Source of the DNA: an uncultured Candidatus Rokubacteria bacterium
GTDB lineage: Bacteria; Methylomirabilota; Methylomirabilia; Rokubacteriales; DASRDR01
NCBI GenBank assembly: GCA_963826115.1
Contig: CAWGVS010000007.1
Coordinates: 128,001-192,000 of the forward strand
Direction of reading: 5' to 3'
DNA length: 64,000 nt
In this document: one piece after another, positions 17,676-30,851 of the stretch
Layout of the letters: each line of letters begins with the position of its first letter
Position numbering within the stretch: the first letter of the stretch is position 1
Translations under genes and position numbers: made by a program
Notes under the pieces: generated by a model
The model's input: the letters and a program-made list of their open reading frames with translations, nothing else
Databases searched by the model: none
Told to the model about the DNA's origin: nothing

Positions 17676-18898
17676 GTGAGCCGCGCCTGGGGCTCCCGTG
17701 CGGCGTGCCGGAGCTCCTGGACCCGGTCGAGGATCCGGTCGGCGACCTCGGCCTTGCTCTGGCGCGGGACGACGACCGTCCCGCCCCAGCGGTCGAGGAG
17801 GACGACCTCGTTGTCAGGAGCGTCGAAGCCGATGTCGCTCCGGCTCACGTCGTTGGCGACGAGGAGGTCCACGCCCTTGGCGACGAGCTTGGCCTGGGCG
17901 TGCGCGCGGAGCTCGTGGGTCTCCGCGGCGAACCCCACGAGGAATCGAGCGCCCTTCCGGCTCCCGAGCTCGCGGAGGATGTCGGGCGTCGGGACGAGAG
18001 CGAGCGTGAGCCCTTGCTGCTTCGAGGGGATCTTCCCGGCCTCGGGGTGCGCCGCCTGGTAGTCCGCCACCGCCGCGGCCTTGATCACGATCGTGGCGGC
18101 CTCGGCCGCGTGGAGGACGGCGTCCCGCATCTCGAGGGCGGTCTGTACCGGGATGATCCGGACGCCGGCCGGCGGGGTGAGGTGGGTCGGCCCGGTGACG
18201 AGCGTCACCGACGCCCCGCGCCGCGCCGCCTGCGTCGCCAGCGCGTACCCCATGCGGCCGGACGAGCGATTGGTCAGGTAGCGCACGGGGTCCAGCGGCT
18301 CGCGCGTGGGGCCCGCCGTGACCAGGACATGCTCCCCCGCGAGGTCCCGCCGGGGCCAGAGAAGGCGCGCGGCCGCCTCGACGATCTCCTCGATCTCCGG
18401 GAACCGACCCTGGCCGGTGAGGCCGGAGGCGAGCGCCCCCGTCCCCGGCTCGAGCACGGTGGCGCCGCGGCTCCGCAGCGTCCCGACGTGCGCCTGCACG
18501 GCGGGGTGCTCCCACATCCCGCCGTCCATCGCCGGCGCGAAGAGCACGGGCCCGCGCATCGCGAGGAGGAGCGTGCCCAGGAAGTCGTCGGCGAGCCCGA
18601 GCGCGGCGCGCGCCAGCGCGTGCGCGGTGGCGGGCGCGACGAGCAGGAGGTCGGCCCGCTCGGCCAGCGCCACGTGCTCCACGGCCGCGGGCTCCTGCGG
18701 GTCGAAGAGATCGGTCAGCACGGGCCGGCCCGAGAGCGTGCGGAACGTGAGCGGCGCCACGAACTCGCGGGCGTGGGCCGTCATCACGACGGTCACCTGC
18801 GCCTCCTGGCGCCGGAGCTCACGCAGGAGCAGCGCCGCCTTGTAGGCGGCGATGCTCCCGGTGACGGCGAGGATCAGCTCGCGGCCCGCCAGCGTCAT
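17672..18898 (-). CDS. coaBC: Phosphopantothenoylcysteine decarboxylase/ligase
   Basis: TGSIAAYK, PAM, TAGPTRE..DPVRY..NRSSGRMG, AAVADY, GFAAET. Start ATG 18898. Confidence 0.97.
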   Translation of the reverse strand: MTLAGRELILAVTGSIAAYKAALLLRELRRQEAQVTVVMTAHAREFVAPLTFRTLSGRPVLTDLFDPQEPAAVEHVALAERADLLLVAPATAHALARAALGLADDFLGTLLLAMRGPVLFAPAMDGGMWEHPAVQAHVGTLRSRGATVLEPGTGALASGLTGQGRFPEIEEIVEAAARLLWPRRDLAGEHVLVTAGPTREPLDPVRYLTNRSSGRMGYALATQAARRGASVTLVTGPTHLTPPAGVRIIPVQTALEMRDAVLHAAEAATIVIKAAAVADYQAAHPEAGKIPSKQQGLTLALVPTPDILRELGSRKGARFLVGFAAETHELRAHAQAKLVAKGVDLLVANDVSRSDIGFDAPDNEVVLLDRWGGTVVVPRQSKAEVADRILDRVQELRHAAREPQARLT

Positions 18899-18927
18899 TC
18901 CGCGCCCCCCGGAGTGCCCGCCGGAGC

Positions 18928-19149
18928 TCAGGCCTGGGGCGCGGGCGCCTTCTCCGCCTCCTCGGGCTTCTTCGGCTGGATCTTCCCGCCGATGACCTCC
19001 TCGAGCGCGACGGAGGTCCACTTGCGGCGCTTCGTCTCGACCTGGGGCTGCGCCCCACGGTTGAGCTGTCGGCTCCGCTTCGCGGCGAGCACGACGAGCA
19101 CGTAGCGGTTGGAGATCTGCTCGAGGGCCTTTTCCAGCGAGGGGAACAT
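18928..19149 (-). CDS. rpoZ: RNA polymerase omega subunit
   Basis: MFPSLEKALEQISNRYVLVVLAAKRSRQL..VALEEV, between gmk and coaBC. Confidence 0.95.
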   Translation of the reverse strand: MFPSLEKALEQISNRYVLVVLAAKRSRQLNRGAQPQVETKRRKWTSVALEEVIGGKIQPKKPEEAEKAPAPQA

Positions 19150-19808
19150 CACGCGGTGCCTCCTGGGAGGGTCGCCTGGACCCCCCCGCCTGCCGGTAGG
19201 TCCGGCAGGCTCAGGGTGAGACGGGACGTCCGGCAGCGTTCGGCCTCGATGATGCAGCCCAGCTGCCGCAGCGCCTCGTCGAGATGACGGTTGACGATCA
19301 CGTAGTCGTACTCGCGCCACGCGGCGATCTCGTCCACGGCGCGCGCGAGGCGCCGGGCGATCTCCCGGGGCGCGTCGGACTTCCGCTCCTTGAGCCGGGC
19401 CTCGAGCTCGCGCATCGTGGGCGCGACCACGAAGATGTAGAGGCCCTGCGGGTAGCGCGCGCGGAGCTGTCGGGCCCCCTGCGTATCGATGTCGAGCAGG
19501 ATGTCCTCGCCGCGGTCGAGCACCGCCTCCAGCGTGCGGGCGGCGGTGCCGTAGAGGTGCCCGTGCACGCGCGCCCACTCCGCGAACTCGCCCCGGTCGA
19601 CCATCTGCTGGAAGATCGGCTCGGAGACGAAATGGTACGCCTGCCCCTCGATCTCGCCCGGCCGCGGGCTCCGCGTCGTGTAGGAGACCGAGTAGGCCAG
19701 GTTGGCAACCGTCTTGCGGATCTGCTGACAGAGCGTGGTCTTCCCGGCCCCGGAGGGGGCCGAGACGACGATCAGCATGCCCCGGCGCGACGACGCGGCG
19801 GCAGTCAC
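19149..19808 (-). CDS. gmk: Guanylate kinase
   Basis: SAPSGAGKTT, SYTTRSPRPGE, YGT, DIDTQG. Start GTG 19808. Confidence 0.97.
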   Translation of the reverse strand: MTAAASSRRGMLIVVSAPSGAGKTTLCQQIRKTVANLAYSVSYTTRSPRPGEIEGQAYHFVSEPIFQQMVDRGEFAEWARVHGHLYGTAARTLEAVLDRGEDILLDIDTQGARQLRARYPQGLYIFVVAPTMRELEARLKERKSDAPREIARRLARAVDEIAAWREYDYVIVNRHLDEALRQLGCIIEAERCRTSRLTLSLPDLPAGGGVQATLPGGTA

Positions 19809-20689
19809 TCGACGTTCTGCACCTGTTCCCGGATGCGCTCCACCAGCGTCCGCGCCTCCAGGACGCGTGCGACCAGCTCGGCGTCGTCCGCCTTCGACGC
19901 GATGGTGTTCACCTCGCGGTGGAGCTCCTGCGTCAGGAAGTCGAGCTGGCGGCCCACGGCGCCGCCCTCGGCGAGGAGCGTCCGGAACTGCGCCAGATGG
20001 GAGCCGAGGCGCGCCAGCTCCTCCGCGATGTCGCTCCGCGCGGCCCACGTCGCCACCTCCTGGGCGAGTCGCCCGGGGTCGACCGGCGTCTCGCCGAGGA
20101 TCGCCTGGACACGCTCCCGGTGGCGGAGCTGGATGCGCGCGAGCGCGGCTGGAAGCAGCGTCTCGACGCCCCGAGCCCAGGCGCCGAGGGCGTCGACGTG
20201 CCCGCTCAGGTCGCGCGCCAGCGCCGCGCCCTCCGTCTGGCGCATCCGGCAGAGCTCGTCGAGCGCCTCGGCCGTCGCGGTCTTGAGAAGGATCGCCCCC
20301 TCGCCGTCGTCCTCATCGCTCTCCTCGACGGTCACGACACCGGGAAGTCGCAGGAGGTCCGAGACGGCAACGTCGGGCGCGAGGCCGGCCGCCTCGGCGA
20401 GCGCGCGCGCCCCACGCGCGTACGCGAGCCCGAGCCCGACGTCGGTCCGCACGTTGGGGAGCGCCGTCCCGGTGCGCCGGAGGGTCACCGTCACGTCGAC
20501 GCGGCCGCGCGCCACCCGGCCCTGGACCAGACGGCGGAGATCCGGCTCGTTGGCGGTGAGCCCGCGGGGGAGCTTGACGCTGGGCTCGAAGAATCGGTGG
20601 TTGACCGAGCGAGCTTCCGCGACGATGGTGATGCGCGCACCCCGAGCCTCGGCCCGCCCGTACCCCGTCATGCTGACGACCAGGCCCAT
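19805..20689 (-). CDS. yicC: YicC/YloC family endoribonuclease
   Basis: SMTGYG, RSVNHRF, RGRVD, EELARL, GRQLDFLTQELHREVNTIASK, EQVQNVE. Confidence 0.96.
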   Translation of the reverse strand: MGLVVSMTGYGRAEARGARITIVAEARSVNHRFFEPSVKLPRGLTANEPDLRRLVQGRVARGRVDVTVTLRRTGTALPNVRTDVGLGLAYARGARALAEAAGLAPDVAVSDLLRLPGVVTVEESDEDDGEGAILLKTATAEALDELCRMRQTEGAALARDLSGHVDALGAWARGVETLLPAALARIQLRHRERVQAILGETPVDPGRLAQEVATWAARSDIAEELARLGSHLAQFRTLLAEGGAVGRQLDFLTQELHREVNTIASKADDAELVARVLEARTLVERIREQVQNVE

Positions 20690-20702
20690 GAGAGTGCCTA
20701 CG

Positions 20703-20732
20703 ATGCTAGCCGATGGCGTCCGGGAGTGTCAA
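20703..20732 (-). promoter_or_regulatory. sigma70-like promoter of the yicC-gmk operon
   Basis: TTGACA(20732-20727)-N18-TAGCAT(20708-20703). Confidence 0.8.
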
Positions 20733-20945
20733 ACACGCTCGGTTGGCGGATCGCGTGCCTCCATGGCAATAAACATCAATAATGGTGCATCTTTACGGTC
20801 ATGATCTCGGTGGCGTGGCGGCGGGCGGCACCCGCCCGGCGGACCCCGGGCTCGCGCGCTTCTTGCCAGATCGCCGCATTCTACGTTATTAGGAGGTGTT
20901 GCTTGGCACTACACAGACGGAGCGCGGGCCGCTCCGGGAGCGAGG

Positions 20946-21236
20946 ATGGGGAGCGAGTCCAGCGGTCGCCCGGTCCCTGAGAACCACCGGCAGTACGTCT
21001 GCCCGTCGTGCCATCTCCACCTCCTGTCGTGGACGCCGCACACGAACCAGGTGGAGATGTTCCACAAGGTCGCCCTGTGGTCGGACTTCTGGACGGGCGA
21101 CGTGCGGCTCATCTGCCAGTACTGCCTGGGAGCGACCGAGATCCTGCCACCCCGGCTGGTCGACCTCCTGCGCCAGCGGTACGGCTTCCACATCCCCCAG
21201 CAGACGCCCGCGCCTCCCGGCACGCGCCGCGACTGA
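20946..21236 (+). CDS. Small hypothetical protein with two CxxC motifs (putative zinc ribbon)
   Basis: CPSC and CQYC motifs, GC3-biased codons, protein-like composition, fills an intergenic gap. Confidence 0.7.
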   Translation: MGSESSGRPVPENHRQYVCPSCHLHLLSWTPHTNQVEMFHKVALWSDFWTGDVRLICQYCLGATEILPPRLVDLLRQRYGFHIPQQTPAPPGTRRD

Positions 21237-21268
21237 CAGAGCCGCGGCGGGCCGCCAGGCCCGCGGCG

Positions 21269-21298
21269 TTGACAGGCTCGAAATCGCCCCGGTATAGT
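21269..21298 (+). promoter_or_regulatory. sigma70-like promoter of the ABC transporter operon
   Basis: TTGACA(21269-21274)-N18-TATAGT(21293-21298). Confidence 0.8.
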
Positions 21299-21334
21299 CC
21301 CGGCTGCCGACGGCGAGACCCCGAGGAGGCGTCC

Positions 21335-22411
21335 ATGCACACCCACCGGCTCACACGCCGCGAGTTCCTCTCCGCGATGGGCACGCTGTCCGCTGCCGCC
21401 GCCCTGCCGAGGGTCGGTCGCGCGGAGCCGCGCCCGATCACCGTCTCCCACAGCATCTCGACCTTCGTCTACGCGCAGCACCTGATCGCGCGAGAGAAGG
21501 GCTTCTTCGAGGCGGAGGGGGTCAGCGCCGACAAGGGCTTCATCGTCCCCGGCGGGGGCGCCAAGGTCGTGCAGGCGCTCGCGGCGGGCCAGGCGATGTT
21601 CGCCCTCGGCGACTCGAACCACCCGCTGAAGATCAGCGAGAAGGGCAAGGAGGCGGTGATCCTCTTCGCCACCGACACGCGATGCTCCTACGCGAACATC
21701 GTGGCGCGGAAGGAGCTCTACGACGCCGGGCTCACCAGCATCGACAAGCTCGCCTCGATGAAGCGGCCCGGCGGCGGCAAGTGGGTGATCGCCGCGACCG
21801 CGATCGGCTCGGGCACGTGGGTCTACGGCACGCACATCCTCGGGAACCAGAAGGGCCCCGACGGGCGTCCGCTGAACGACCTGGTGGAGTGGGTGGGCGG
21901 CGGCGCGTCCACGACGATGCTGGGCGGGCTCAAGGCCGGGAAGTTCGACGCGATCATGGCCGTGCCCGAGTGGCTGTGGGCGGCGGAGGACCAGGGGTTC
22001 GGCGCGACGATCTACAACATCCTGGACGAGGCGGCGTGGAACCGCGTGTTCGGCGGCCCCCTGCCGGTCACCGTCGGGTTCTGCCTCCGCGAGACGATCG
22101 AGAAGAGCCCGGCCGTCGTCCAGGGGTACGTGAGCGCCTGCTATCGGGCGCAGCGGTGGATCCAGAAGGCGGCCGACGGCGAGATCCTCGAGGCCATCCA
22201 CAAGCCTTACATGGACACCTTCTCGAAGGAGGAGGTCCTCAAGTCCATCCGCTACTACAAGGGCATCTTCGACTGGGACTTCCTGGTCGACGAGAAGCAG
22301 TACGACGAGGCGGTGAAGATCTTCCTCGCGACGAAGGTCCTGGACGCGCCCATCCCGTTCCAGAAGGCCGTCGACATGTCCTTCGTCCGGAAGGCGTCCC
22401 AGCGATCGTAG
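21335..22411 (+). CDS. ABC transporter substrate-binding protein (SsuA/TauA/NMT1-like), Tat-exported
   Basis: SD GAGGAGG, twin-arginine TRREFL, EKGFFEAEG, GGGAKVVQAL. Confidence 0.9.
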   Translation: MHTHRLTRREFLSAMGTLSAAAALPRVGRAEPRPITVSHSISTFVYAQHLIAREKGFFEAEGVSADKGFIVPGGGAKVVQALAAGQAMFALGDSNHPLKISEKGKEAVILFATDTRCSYANIVARKELYDAGLTSIDKLASMKRPGGGKWVIAATAIGSGTWVYGTHILGNQKGPDGRPLNDLVEWVGGGASTTMLGGLKAGKFDAIMAVPEWLWAAEDQGFGATIYNILDEAAWNRVFGGPLPVTVGFCLRETIEKSPAVVQGYVSACYRAQRWIQKAADGEILEAIHKPYMDTFSKEEVLKSIRYYKGIFDWDFLVDEKQYDEAVKIFLATKVLDAPIPFQKAVDMSFVRKASQRS

Positions 22412-23223
22412 ACGCGCCGCCGCGCGTCCGCGTCGAGGTCCGCGACCTCGAGAAGACCTTCGCGGCGCGCGGGCGGGCCGTCCGCGCCGTCGAGCGCGTC
22501 TCGTTCGACGTCCTCGACCGGGAGTTCGTCGCCCTGGTCGGACCCTCCGGCTGCGGCAAGTCCACCGTCCTCAACATGATCGCGGGCCTCGTCGCGCCGA
22601 CGGGCGGCGCGATCCGGCTGGACGGGCGTGCGCACGAGGGCGTGCCGCCGGAAGTCGGGTACGTGTTCCAGAAGGACACCGTCTTCCCCTGGCGCACCGT
22701 CGCCCAGAACGTCGAGCTGGGGCTGGCGTACCGTGGCGTCCCGCGCGCCGAGCGCGAGCGGCGGGTCCGGGAGGCGATCCGCCTGGCGGGGCTCGAGGGG
22801 TTCGAGGACGCGTTCCCGGCGACCCTGTCGGGGGGCATGCGCCAGCGCGTGGCGCTGATCCGCACGCTCGTGGTGGAGCCCGCGATCCTCCTGATGGACG
22901 AGCCGTTCGGGGCCCTCGACACCCACACCAAGCTGCGGCTCCAGGCGCAGCTCCTGGCGCTCTGGGCCGGGCGGCGGCAGACGGTCGTCTTCGTGACGCA
23001 CGACCTGGCGGAGGCGATCACGCTGGCCGACCGGATCATCGTCCTGACGAGCCGCCCCGGGCGCGTCAAGCACGTGCACCAGGTGAAGCTGCCGCGCCCC
23101 CGCGACGTCTTCCGCATCCGCGAGACGGACGAGTACGCCCGCGAGTTCGGAGCGCTCTGGCACGTGCTCGGCGAGGAGCTCGCGAAACCGGAGGCGCGCG
23201 ACGAGCCCCGGGGGGCGGCGTGA
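22405..23223 (+). CDS. ABC transporter ATP-binding protein (SsuB/TauB-like), start uncertain
   Basis: GPSGCGKST, LSGGMRQR, LLMDEPFGALD, VTHD. No nearby ATG/GTG/TTG before Walker A; ATC 22405 or GTA 22408 proposed. Confidence 0.9.
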   Translation: MVDAPPRVRVEVRDLEKTFAARGRAVRAVERVSFDVLDREFVALVGPSGCGKSTVLNMIAGLVAPTGGAIRLDGRAHEGVPPEVGYVFQKDTVFPWRTVAQNVELGLAYRGVPRAERERRVREAIRLAGLEGFEDAFPATLSGGMRQRVALIRTLVVEPAILLMDEPFGALDTHTKLRLQAQLLALWAGRRQTVVFVTHDLAEAITLADRIIVLTSRPGRVKHVHQVKLPRPRDVFRIRETDEYAREFGALWHVLGEELAKPEARDEPRGAA

Positions 23224-24038
23224 GCGACCGCGCGCGCGTGAATCTGTGGCGGCTCGCGATCCTGGTCGTGTTCCTGGGCCTGTGGGAAGGACTGACCCAC
23301 CCGGCGGTCACGAAGTCGGTTTCCCGGATGGTCTACTTCGTGGACCCTTTCTTCATCAGCCGCCCGTCGGCGATCTGGGCCCGGTTCTGGCACCTGAACT
23401 CCGGCGCCGTCCGGGTACCGCTCTGGCGCCTCCTGGGCTCCACCCTCGAGTCCACGGTGCTCGGGTTCGTCGTGGGCGTCGCGAGCGGATTCGTGGCGGG
23501 CCTGGTGCTCGGACGGAACGGCCGGCTGGCCGCGGTCCTCCACCCCTACATCGTGGCGTTCAACTCGCTGCCCCGGATCGCGCTGGTGCCGCTCGTCACG
23601 ATGGTCTTCGGCTTCGGGCTCCTCGCCAAGGTGGTGCTCGCCTGGCTGATCGTCTTCTTCATCGTGTTCTTCAACACGTTCCAGGGCGCCCGCGGGGTGG
23701 ACCCGGACCTCATCCACGCCGCGCGTTTCCTGGGCGCCTCCGAGCGCCAGGTGATGCGGTCCGTGATCGTGCCGTCGGCGCTCGCCTGGACGTTCGCCTC
23801 CCTCACGCCGTCGGTGTCGTTCGCGCTGATCGGCGTCGTGATCGGCGAGTTCATCGGTGGGGAGTCGGGAGGCGGCATCGGCTACCTCATCATCGCCTCC
23901 CTCGGCAGCCTGAACGCCGCCGACATGATGGTGGCGCTCTTCGTGCTCGGCCTGACCGGCATCGTCCTCGCGCTCGGCATCCACCAGGTCGAGGCGCGCC
24001 TCCTCCGCTGGCGCCCCGAGCACCAGGCGCGTGGCTGA
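23220..24038 (+). CDS. ABC transporter permease (SsuC/TauC-like)
   Basis: SRPSAI, NSLPRIALVP, EAA-like AARFLGAS, VVIGEF. Confidence 0.93.
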   Translation: MSDRARVNLWRLAILVVFLGLWEGLTHPAVTKSVSRMVYFVDPFFISRPSAIWARFWHLNSGAVRVPLWRLLGSTLESTVLGFVVGVASGFVAGLVLGRNGRLAAVLHPYIVAFNSLPRIALVPLVTMVFGFGLLAKVVLAWLIVFFIVFFNTFQGARGVDPDLIHAARFLGASERQVMRSVIVPSALAWTFASLTPSVSFALIGVVIGEFIGGESGGGIGYLIIASLGSLNAADMMVALFVLGLTGIVLALGIHQVEARLLRWRPEHQARG

Positions 24039-26724
24039 GGCGCGGCGGCCCGCGCCGGACGCGGGCCCGCCGGCGCGCGGCGCGCCGCCCGGGCCAGGCC
24101 TCGCACGGGGTGTCCGGCAGAGCGTGCTGGTCGTCTTGCTCCTCGTCGGGCTGGCGATCGTCCTCACCTGGCCCGTCGCGGCGCGCCTCGGCGACGGCGT
24201 CGCCGACCTCGGGGATCCCCTGCTGACGACGTGGATCCTGGCGTGGGACGTCCACGCGCTGGCGAGCGCGCCCCTCCGCTTCTTCGACGCGAACATGCTC
24301 TACCCGCGGCGCCAGGCGCTCGCCTACACCGAGCACCTCGTGGGGCTCGTGCCGCTGGCCGCCCCCGCGCGCCTCCTCGGCGCGCCGCCCCTGCTCGCTC
24401 ACAACCTGGTCTGGCTGGCGACGTTCCCCCTGACCGGCCTCACGATGTTCTGGCTCGTCCGGCACCTGACGGGCGCGGCGGGGCCGGCCGCGGTGGCCGC
24501 GGTGCTCTACGCCTTCTCCCACTTCCGCTTCGGCCAGCTGGGCCACGTCCAGGTGCTGAGCCATCAGTGGCTCCCCCTCCTGCTCCTCGGCCTCCATCGC
24601 GCCGCGCGGAGCGGCGGCCGATGGCGGGACGTCGGGCTCGCGGCGGGCGCGTTCGCGCTCCAGGCGCTGTCGTCGGGCTACCAGGCCTTCTTCGCGGCGA
24701 TCGCGGGCGGCCTCTTCGTGGCGTGGCTCGCCGGGCCGTCCACGCGGCCGCCGCTCGGTCGCCTCGCCGCCCGCGGCGCGATCGCCGGCGCCGTGGTCGC
24801 GCTGGTGCTCCTGCCCTTCTTCCTGCCGTACCGCGCGTCACGCGAGGAGATCGCGCGCGCCCGGAACCCGCGGGAGATCGAGTACTACATGGCGTGGCCG
24901 GCCGCCTACCTGGCGGCGCCGGTGGACAACCGGTGGCTCGGCGACGCCACGGCCCCCTTCCGGCGGCGCGAGGCGGTCCTGTTCCCGGGCGTGGTGGCGC
25001 TCGCGCTCGCCCTCGCGGGCGCGACCCTGGCGGGACGGCCGCGGCGGGAGGCCGCGCCGCGCGCCCCGGCGCCCGGCGGGCGCTGGCCCGTGGCGCTCGA
25101 CGTGGCGCTGAGCGTCGTCACGCTCGTGACCCTCGCCAACTGGCTCCTCGTCGGCGGGATCGCCGTGCGCCTGGGTCCGCTCCGCGTCTCGCAGCGCAGC
25201 TTCGGCTGGGCCTTCGCGGCGCTCGCCCTCGCGTTCCTCGCGCGGCGGATCGTCCGGGGCGGGCCGGCGCCGGTCCGCGGGCTCGGCTGGCTCCGACGGC
25301 TCGCGTGGCCCGAGGCCCGCGGCTACTACGTCGCGCTCGTGCTCGTCGGCGTGCTCGCGTCCTTCGGGCCGTGGCTCGACCTCGGCGCGCACCGCGTCCA
25401 GCCGCTCTACCAGCAGCTCCGCGCGATCCTGCCGGGCTTCGACGCCCTCCGCGTCCCCGGACGCTTCGGGGTCCTGGTGACGACCGGGCTCGCGGTCCTG
25501 GCGGGGCTCGGCGCCGCCGCGCTCGTGCGACGGATTCCCCGGCCGGTGGCGCGGGCCGCCGCGCTCGCGGCGGTCGGCGTCCTGGCCGCGCTCGAAGCGT
25601 GGGCGACGCCGCTCCCCCTGGTGAGCGTGGCGACCGAGCCGGGACCGGTCGACCGCTGGCTCGCCGCCCGGCCGGGCCCGGACGCGGTGGCGGTGCTCCC
25701 GATGTACGAGCCGCACGCCGTCCACCTCGAGAGCGTGAGGCTCTTCGCCTCGACCGCGCACTGGCATCCGCTGGTGAACGGCTACGCCGGCGTCCTGCCG
25801 CCGGGGTACGCGGAGGACGCGGAGATCCTGAACACCTTCCCGTCGCCGGCCGCCGTCGCGCGGCTCCGCGAGCTCCGCGTGCGCTACGTGGTCGTGTACC
25901 TCGGCCAGTACCGGGAGGAGGTGCGCCCGGAGCTCGACGCCGCCCTCCAGGCGCTCCCCGCGGGAGTGACCCGCGTGGCAAGCTTCGAGCAGGCGCGGAT
26001 CTACGAGATCGGCCCCGCGGGGCCGCGCGCGTCAGGCGACGCGGGTGGTGCGGACGAAGGCCCGCGACCGCGCCAGCGCGTCGGAGTCGGCGAGCCCGGC
26101 CGCCTCCAGCGCGTCGAAGCAGTCGGAGATCGTGAGCACGGCGTGGAGCCGGTAACCCTTCTGGGCGAGCCGCTCACGCGCGCCCTGCTCCCGATCGATC
26201 AGGACCACCAGGTCCTCCACCACGAGGCCGGCGGCCTCGAGCGGCGCGATCGCCTCGAGCTTCGACGCGCCGTCGGTGACGATGTCGTCGATCACCACGA
26301 CGCGCTCGCCGGCCTGGAACGTCCCCTCGATCCGTCGTCGGGTGCCGTACGCCTTCTCCTCGCGCCGCGGGTAGACGAGCGGCACGCCGCCCGCCAGGCT
26401 CGCGGCCACCGCCAGCGGCAGCCCCGCGTACGGGATGCCCGCGATCCGGTCCACCCGACAGCGCGCGACCGCGGCAGCGAGGAGGCGGCCGACCTGGCCC
26501 AGCACGTCCGGATGCGAGATCACGACCCGCAGATCGATGTAGAAGGGCGAGGTCATCCCGGACTTCAGCACGAACTCGCCGAAGCGGACGCCGCCGATCT
26601 CGTGGAGCCGGCGCACGAGCGCGGCCGCGCCGGAGTCGCTCACGCGCCGAGCTCGGCGAGGATCGCGGCCGCCGCGGCGGCCGGGTCGGCGGCGCCGGTG
26701 ATCGGCCGGCCCACGACCAGGTAG
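24031..26724 (+). CDS. Multi-pass membrane protein, YfhO/GT-C-like. Family-like sequence ends near 26020, but the frame stays open across pyrE.
   Basis: [40 protein letters not shown] and many TM helices. Confidence 0.75.
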   Translation: MAEARRPAPDAGPPARGAPPGPGLARGVRQSVLVVLLLVGLAIVLTWPVAARLGDGVADLGDPLLTTWILAWDVHALASAPLRFFDANMLYPRRQALAYTEHLVGLVPLAAPARLLGAPPLLAHNLVWLATFPLTGLTMFWLVRHLTGAAGPAAVAAVLYAFSHFRFGQLGHVQVLSHQWLPLLLLGLHRAARSGGRWRDVGLAAGAFALQALSSGYQAFFAAIAGGLFVAWLAGPSTRPPLGRLAARGAIAGAVVALVLLPFFLPYRASREEIARARNPREIEYYMAWPAAYLAAPVDNRWLGDATAPFRRREAVLFPGVVALALALAGATLAGRPRREAAPRAPAPGGRWPVALDVALSVVTLVTLANWLLVGGIAVRLGPLRVSQRSFGWAFAALALAFLARRIVRGGPAPVRGLGWLRRLAWPEARGYYVALVLVGVLASFGPWLDLGAHRVQPLYQQLRAILPGFDALRVPGRFGVLVTTGLAVLAGLGAAALVRRIPRPVARAAALAAVGVLAALEAWATPLPLVSVATEPGPVDRWLAARPGPDAVAVLPMYEPHAVHLESVRLFASTAHWHPLVNGYAGVLPPGYAEDAEILNTFPSPAAVARLRELRVRYVVVYLGQYREEVRPELDAALQALPAGVTRVASFEQARIYEIGPAGPRASGDAGGADEGPRPRQRVGVGEPGRLQRVEAVGDREHGVEPVTLLGEPLTRALLPIDQDHQVLHHEAGGLERRDRLELRRAVGDDVVDHHDALAGLERPLDPSSGAVRLLLAPRVDERHAARQARGHRQRQPRVRDARDPVHPTARDRGSEEAADLAQHVRMRDHDPQIDVEGRGHPGLQHELAEADAADLVEPAHERGRAGVAHAPSSARIAAAAAAGSAAPVIGRPTTR
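26032..26643 (-). CDS. pyrE: Orotate phosphoribosyltransferase
   Basis: [38 protein letters not shown]. Start GTG 26643. Confidence 0.97.
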   Translation of the reverse strand: MSDSGAAALVRRLHEIGGVRFGEFVLKSGMTSPFYIDLRVVISHPDVLGQVGRLLAAAVARCRVDRIAGIPYAGLPLAVAASLAGGVPLVYPRREEKAYGTRRRIEGTFQAGERVVVIDDIVTDGASKLEAIAPLEAAGLVVEDLVVLIDREQGARERLAQKGYRLHAVLTISDCFDALEAAGLADSDALARSRAFVRTTRVA

Positions 26725-27370
26725 TCGGCGCCGGCCCGCGCCGCCGCCGCGGGCGTGGCGATCCGGGCCTGGTCGTCCGCGCCGGCGGCCGGGAGTCGGA
26801 TCCCCGGCGTGACGATCAGCGCCGCCGGCCCGAGGGCGGCCCGCAGGCGCGCCGCCTCGCGGGGCGAGGCCACCACGCCGTCGCACCCGGCGGCGCGCGC
26901 CAGGCCCGCGAGGTGCACCGCGTGCCCCTCCACGCTCATGGGGACGCCCAGCTCCCGGTGGAGCGCCGCGCGGTCGAGGCTCGTCAGGACCGTCACCGCC
27001 ACGATCCGTGGCCGCTCCGCGCCGGCGGCCTGCGCGGCCTTCGCCGCCGCCGCCAGCATCGCGCTGCCGCCCGCCGCGTGGACGGTCAGGAGCCCGACGC
27101 CGAGCCGCGTCGCCGCCTCCACCGCGCCGGCCACCGTCGCCGGGATGTCGTGGTACTTGAGGTCCAGGAAGACGCGACTGCCGCGCTTCCGGACCATCTC
27201 CACCGCGGCAGGGCCGGCGGCGGTGAAGAGCACGCTCCCCACCTTGAAGTGCGTCGCCACGCCGGCGAGGCGCTCCACGAGCGCCTCCGCCGCGGCGAGG
27301 TCGACCGTGTCGAGGGCGACGATCAGCCGGTCGCGCGCCGCACGCGCTGCGGGGCCCGCTCCGCCGCCGC

Positions 27371-27374
<4 letters not shown>
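26640..27374 (-). CDS. pyrF: Orotidine-5'-phosphate decarboxylase
   Basis: [35 protein letters not shown]. Start GTG 27374. Confidence 0.97.
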
Positions 27375-30583
<3,209 letters not shown>

Positions 30584-30847
30584 CTATTCCAGCAGGCCGT
30601 AGACGATGGAAACGCCGGCGGGCGCCTCCTCGCGACGGACCAGGAACTCGACCAGCGGCGCCGTGCCCAGGAACTGCACCTCTCCCGCGCCGGTCAGCCG
30701 CTCGCCGAACAGGCCGAGCCGCCGGTCCACCCGCTCGCGGATCGCGTGGGCCTCGAGCGCCGCGGGCGACTCGGTCGTGAAGGAGGCCCACTCGGGCTTC
30801 TGCCCGGTCTCCTCGGTCTTCCGATACGCGATGAAGTACTTGGGCAT
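30584..30847 (-). CDS. Hypothetical 87-aa protein between carA and carB
   Basis: Exactly fills the gap (its TAG abuts the carB ATG), GC3-biased codons. Confidence 0.75.
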   Translation of the reverse strand: MPKYFIAYRKTEETGQKPEWASFTTESPAALEAHAIRERVDRRLGLFGERLTGAGEVQFLGTAPLVEFLVRREEAPAGVSIVYGLLE

Positions 30848-30851
30848 TCCG

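Noticed and set aside
20903-20918. TTGGCAC as a possible sigma-54 -24 element
   Set aside because: No TTGC follows at the required spacing.
20896-21297. 133-aa ORF beginning within the AGGAGGT element
   Set aside because: The start codon overlaps the SD itself, the product is low-complexity, and it overlaps the better 96-aa CxxC ORF.
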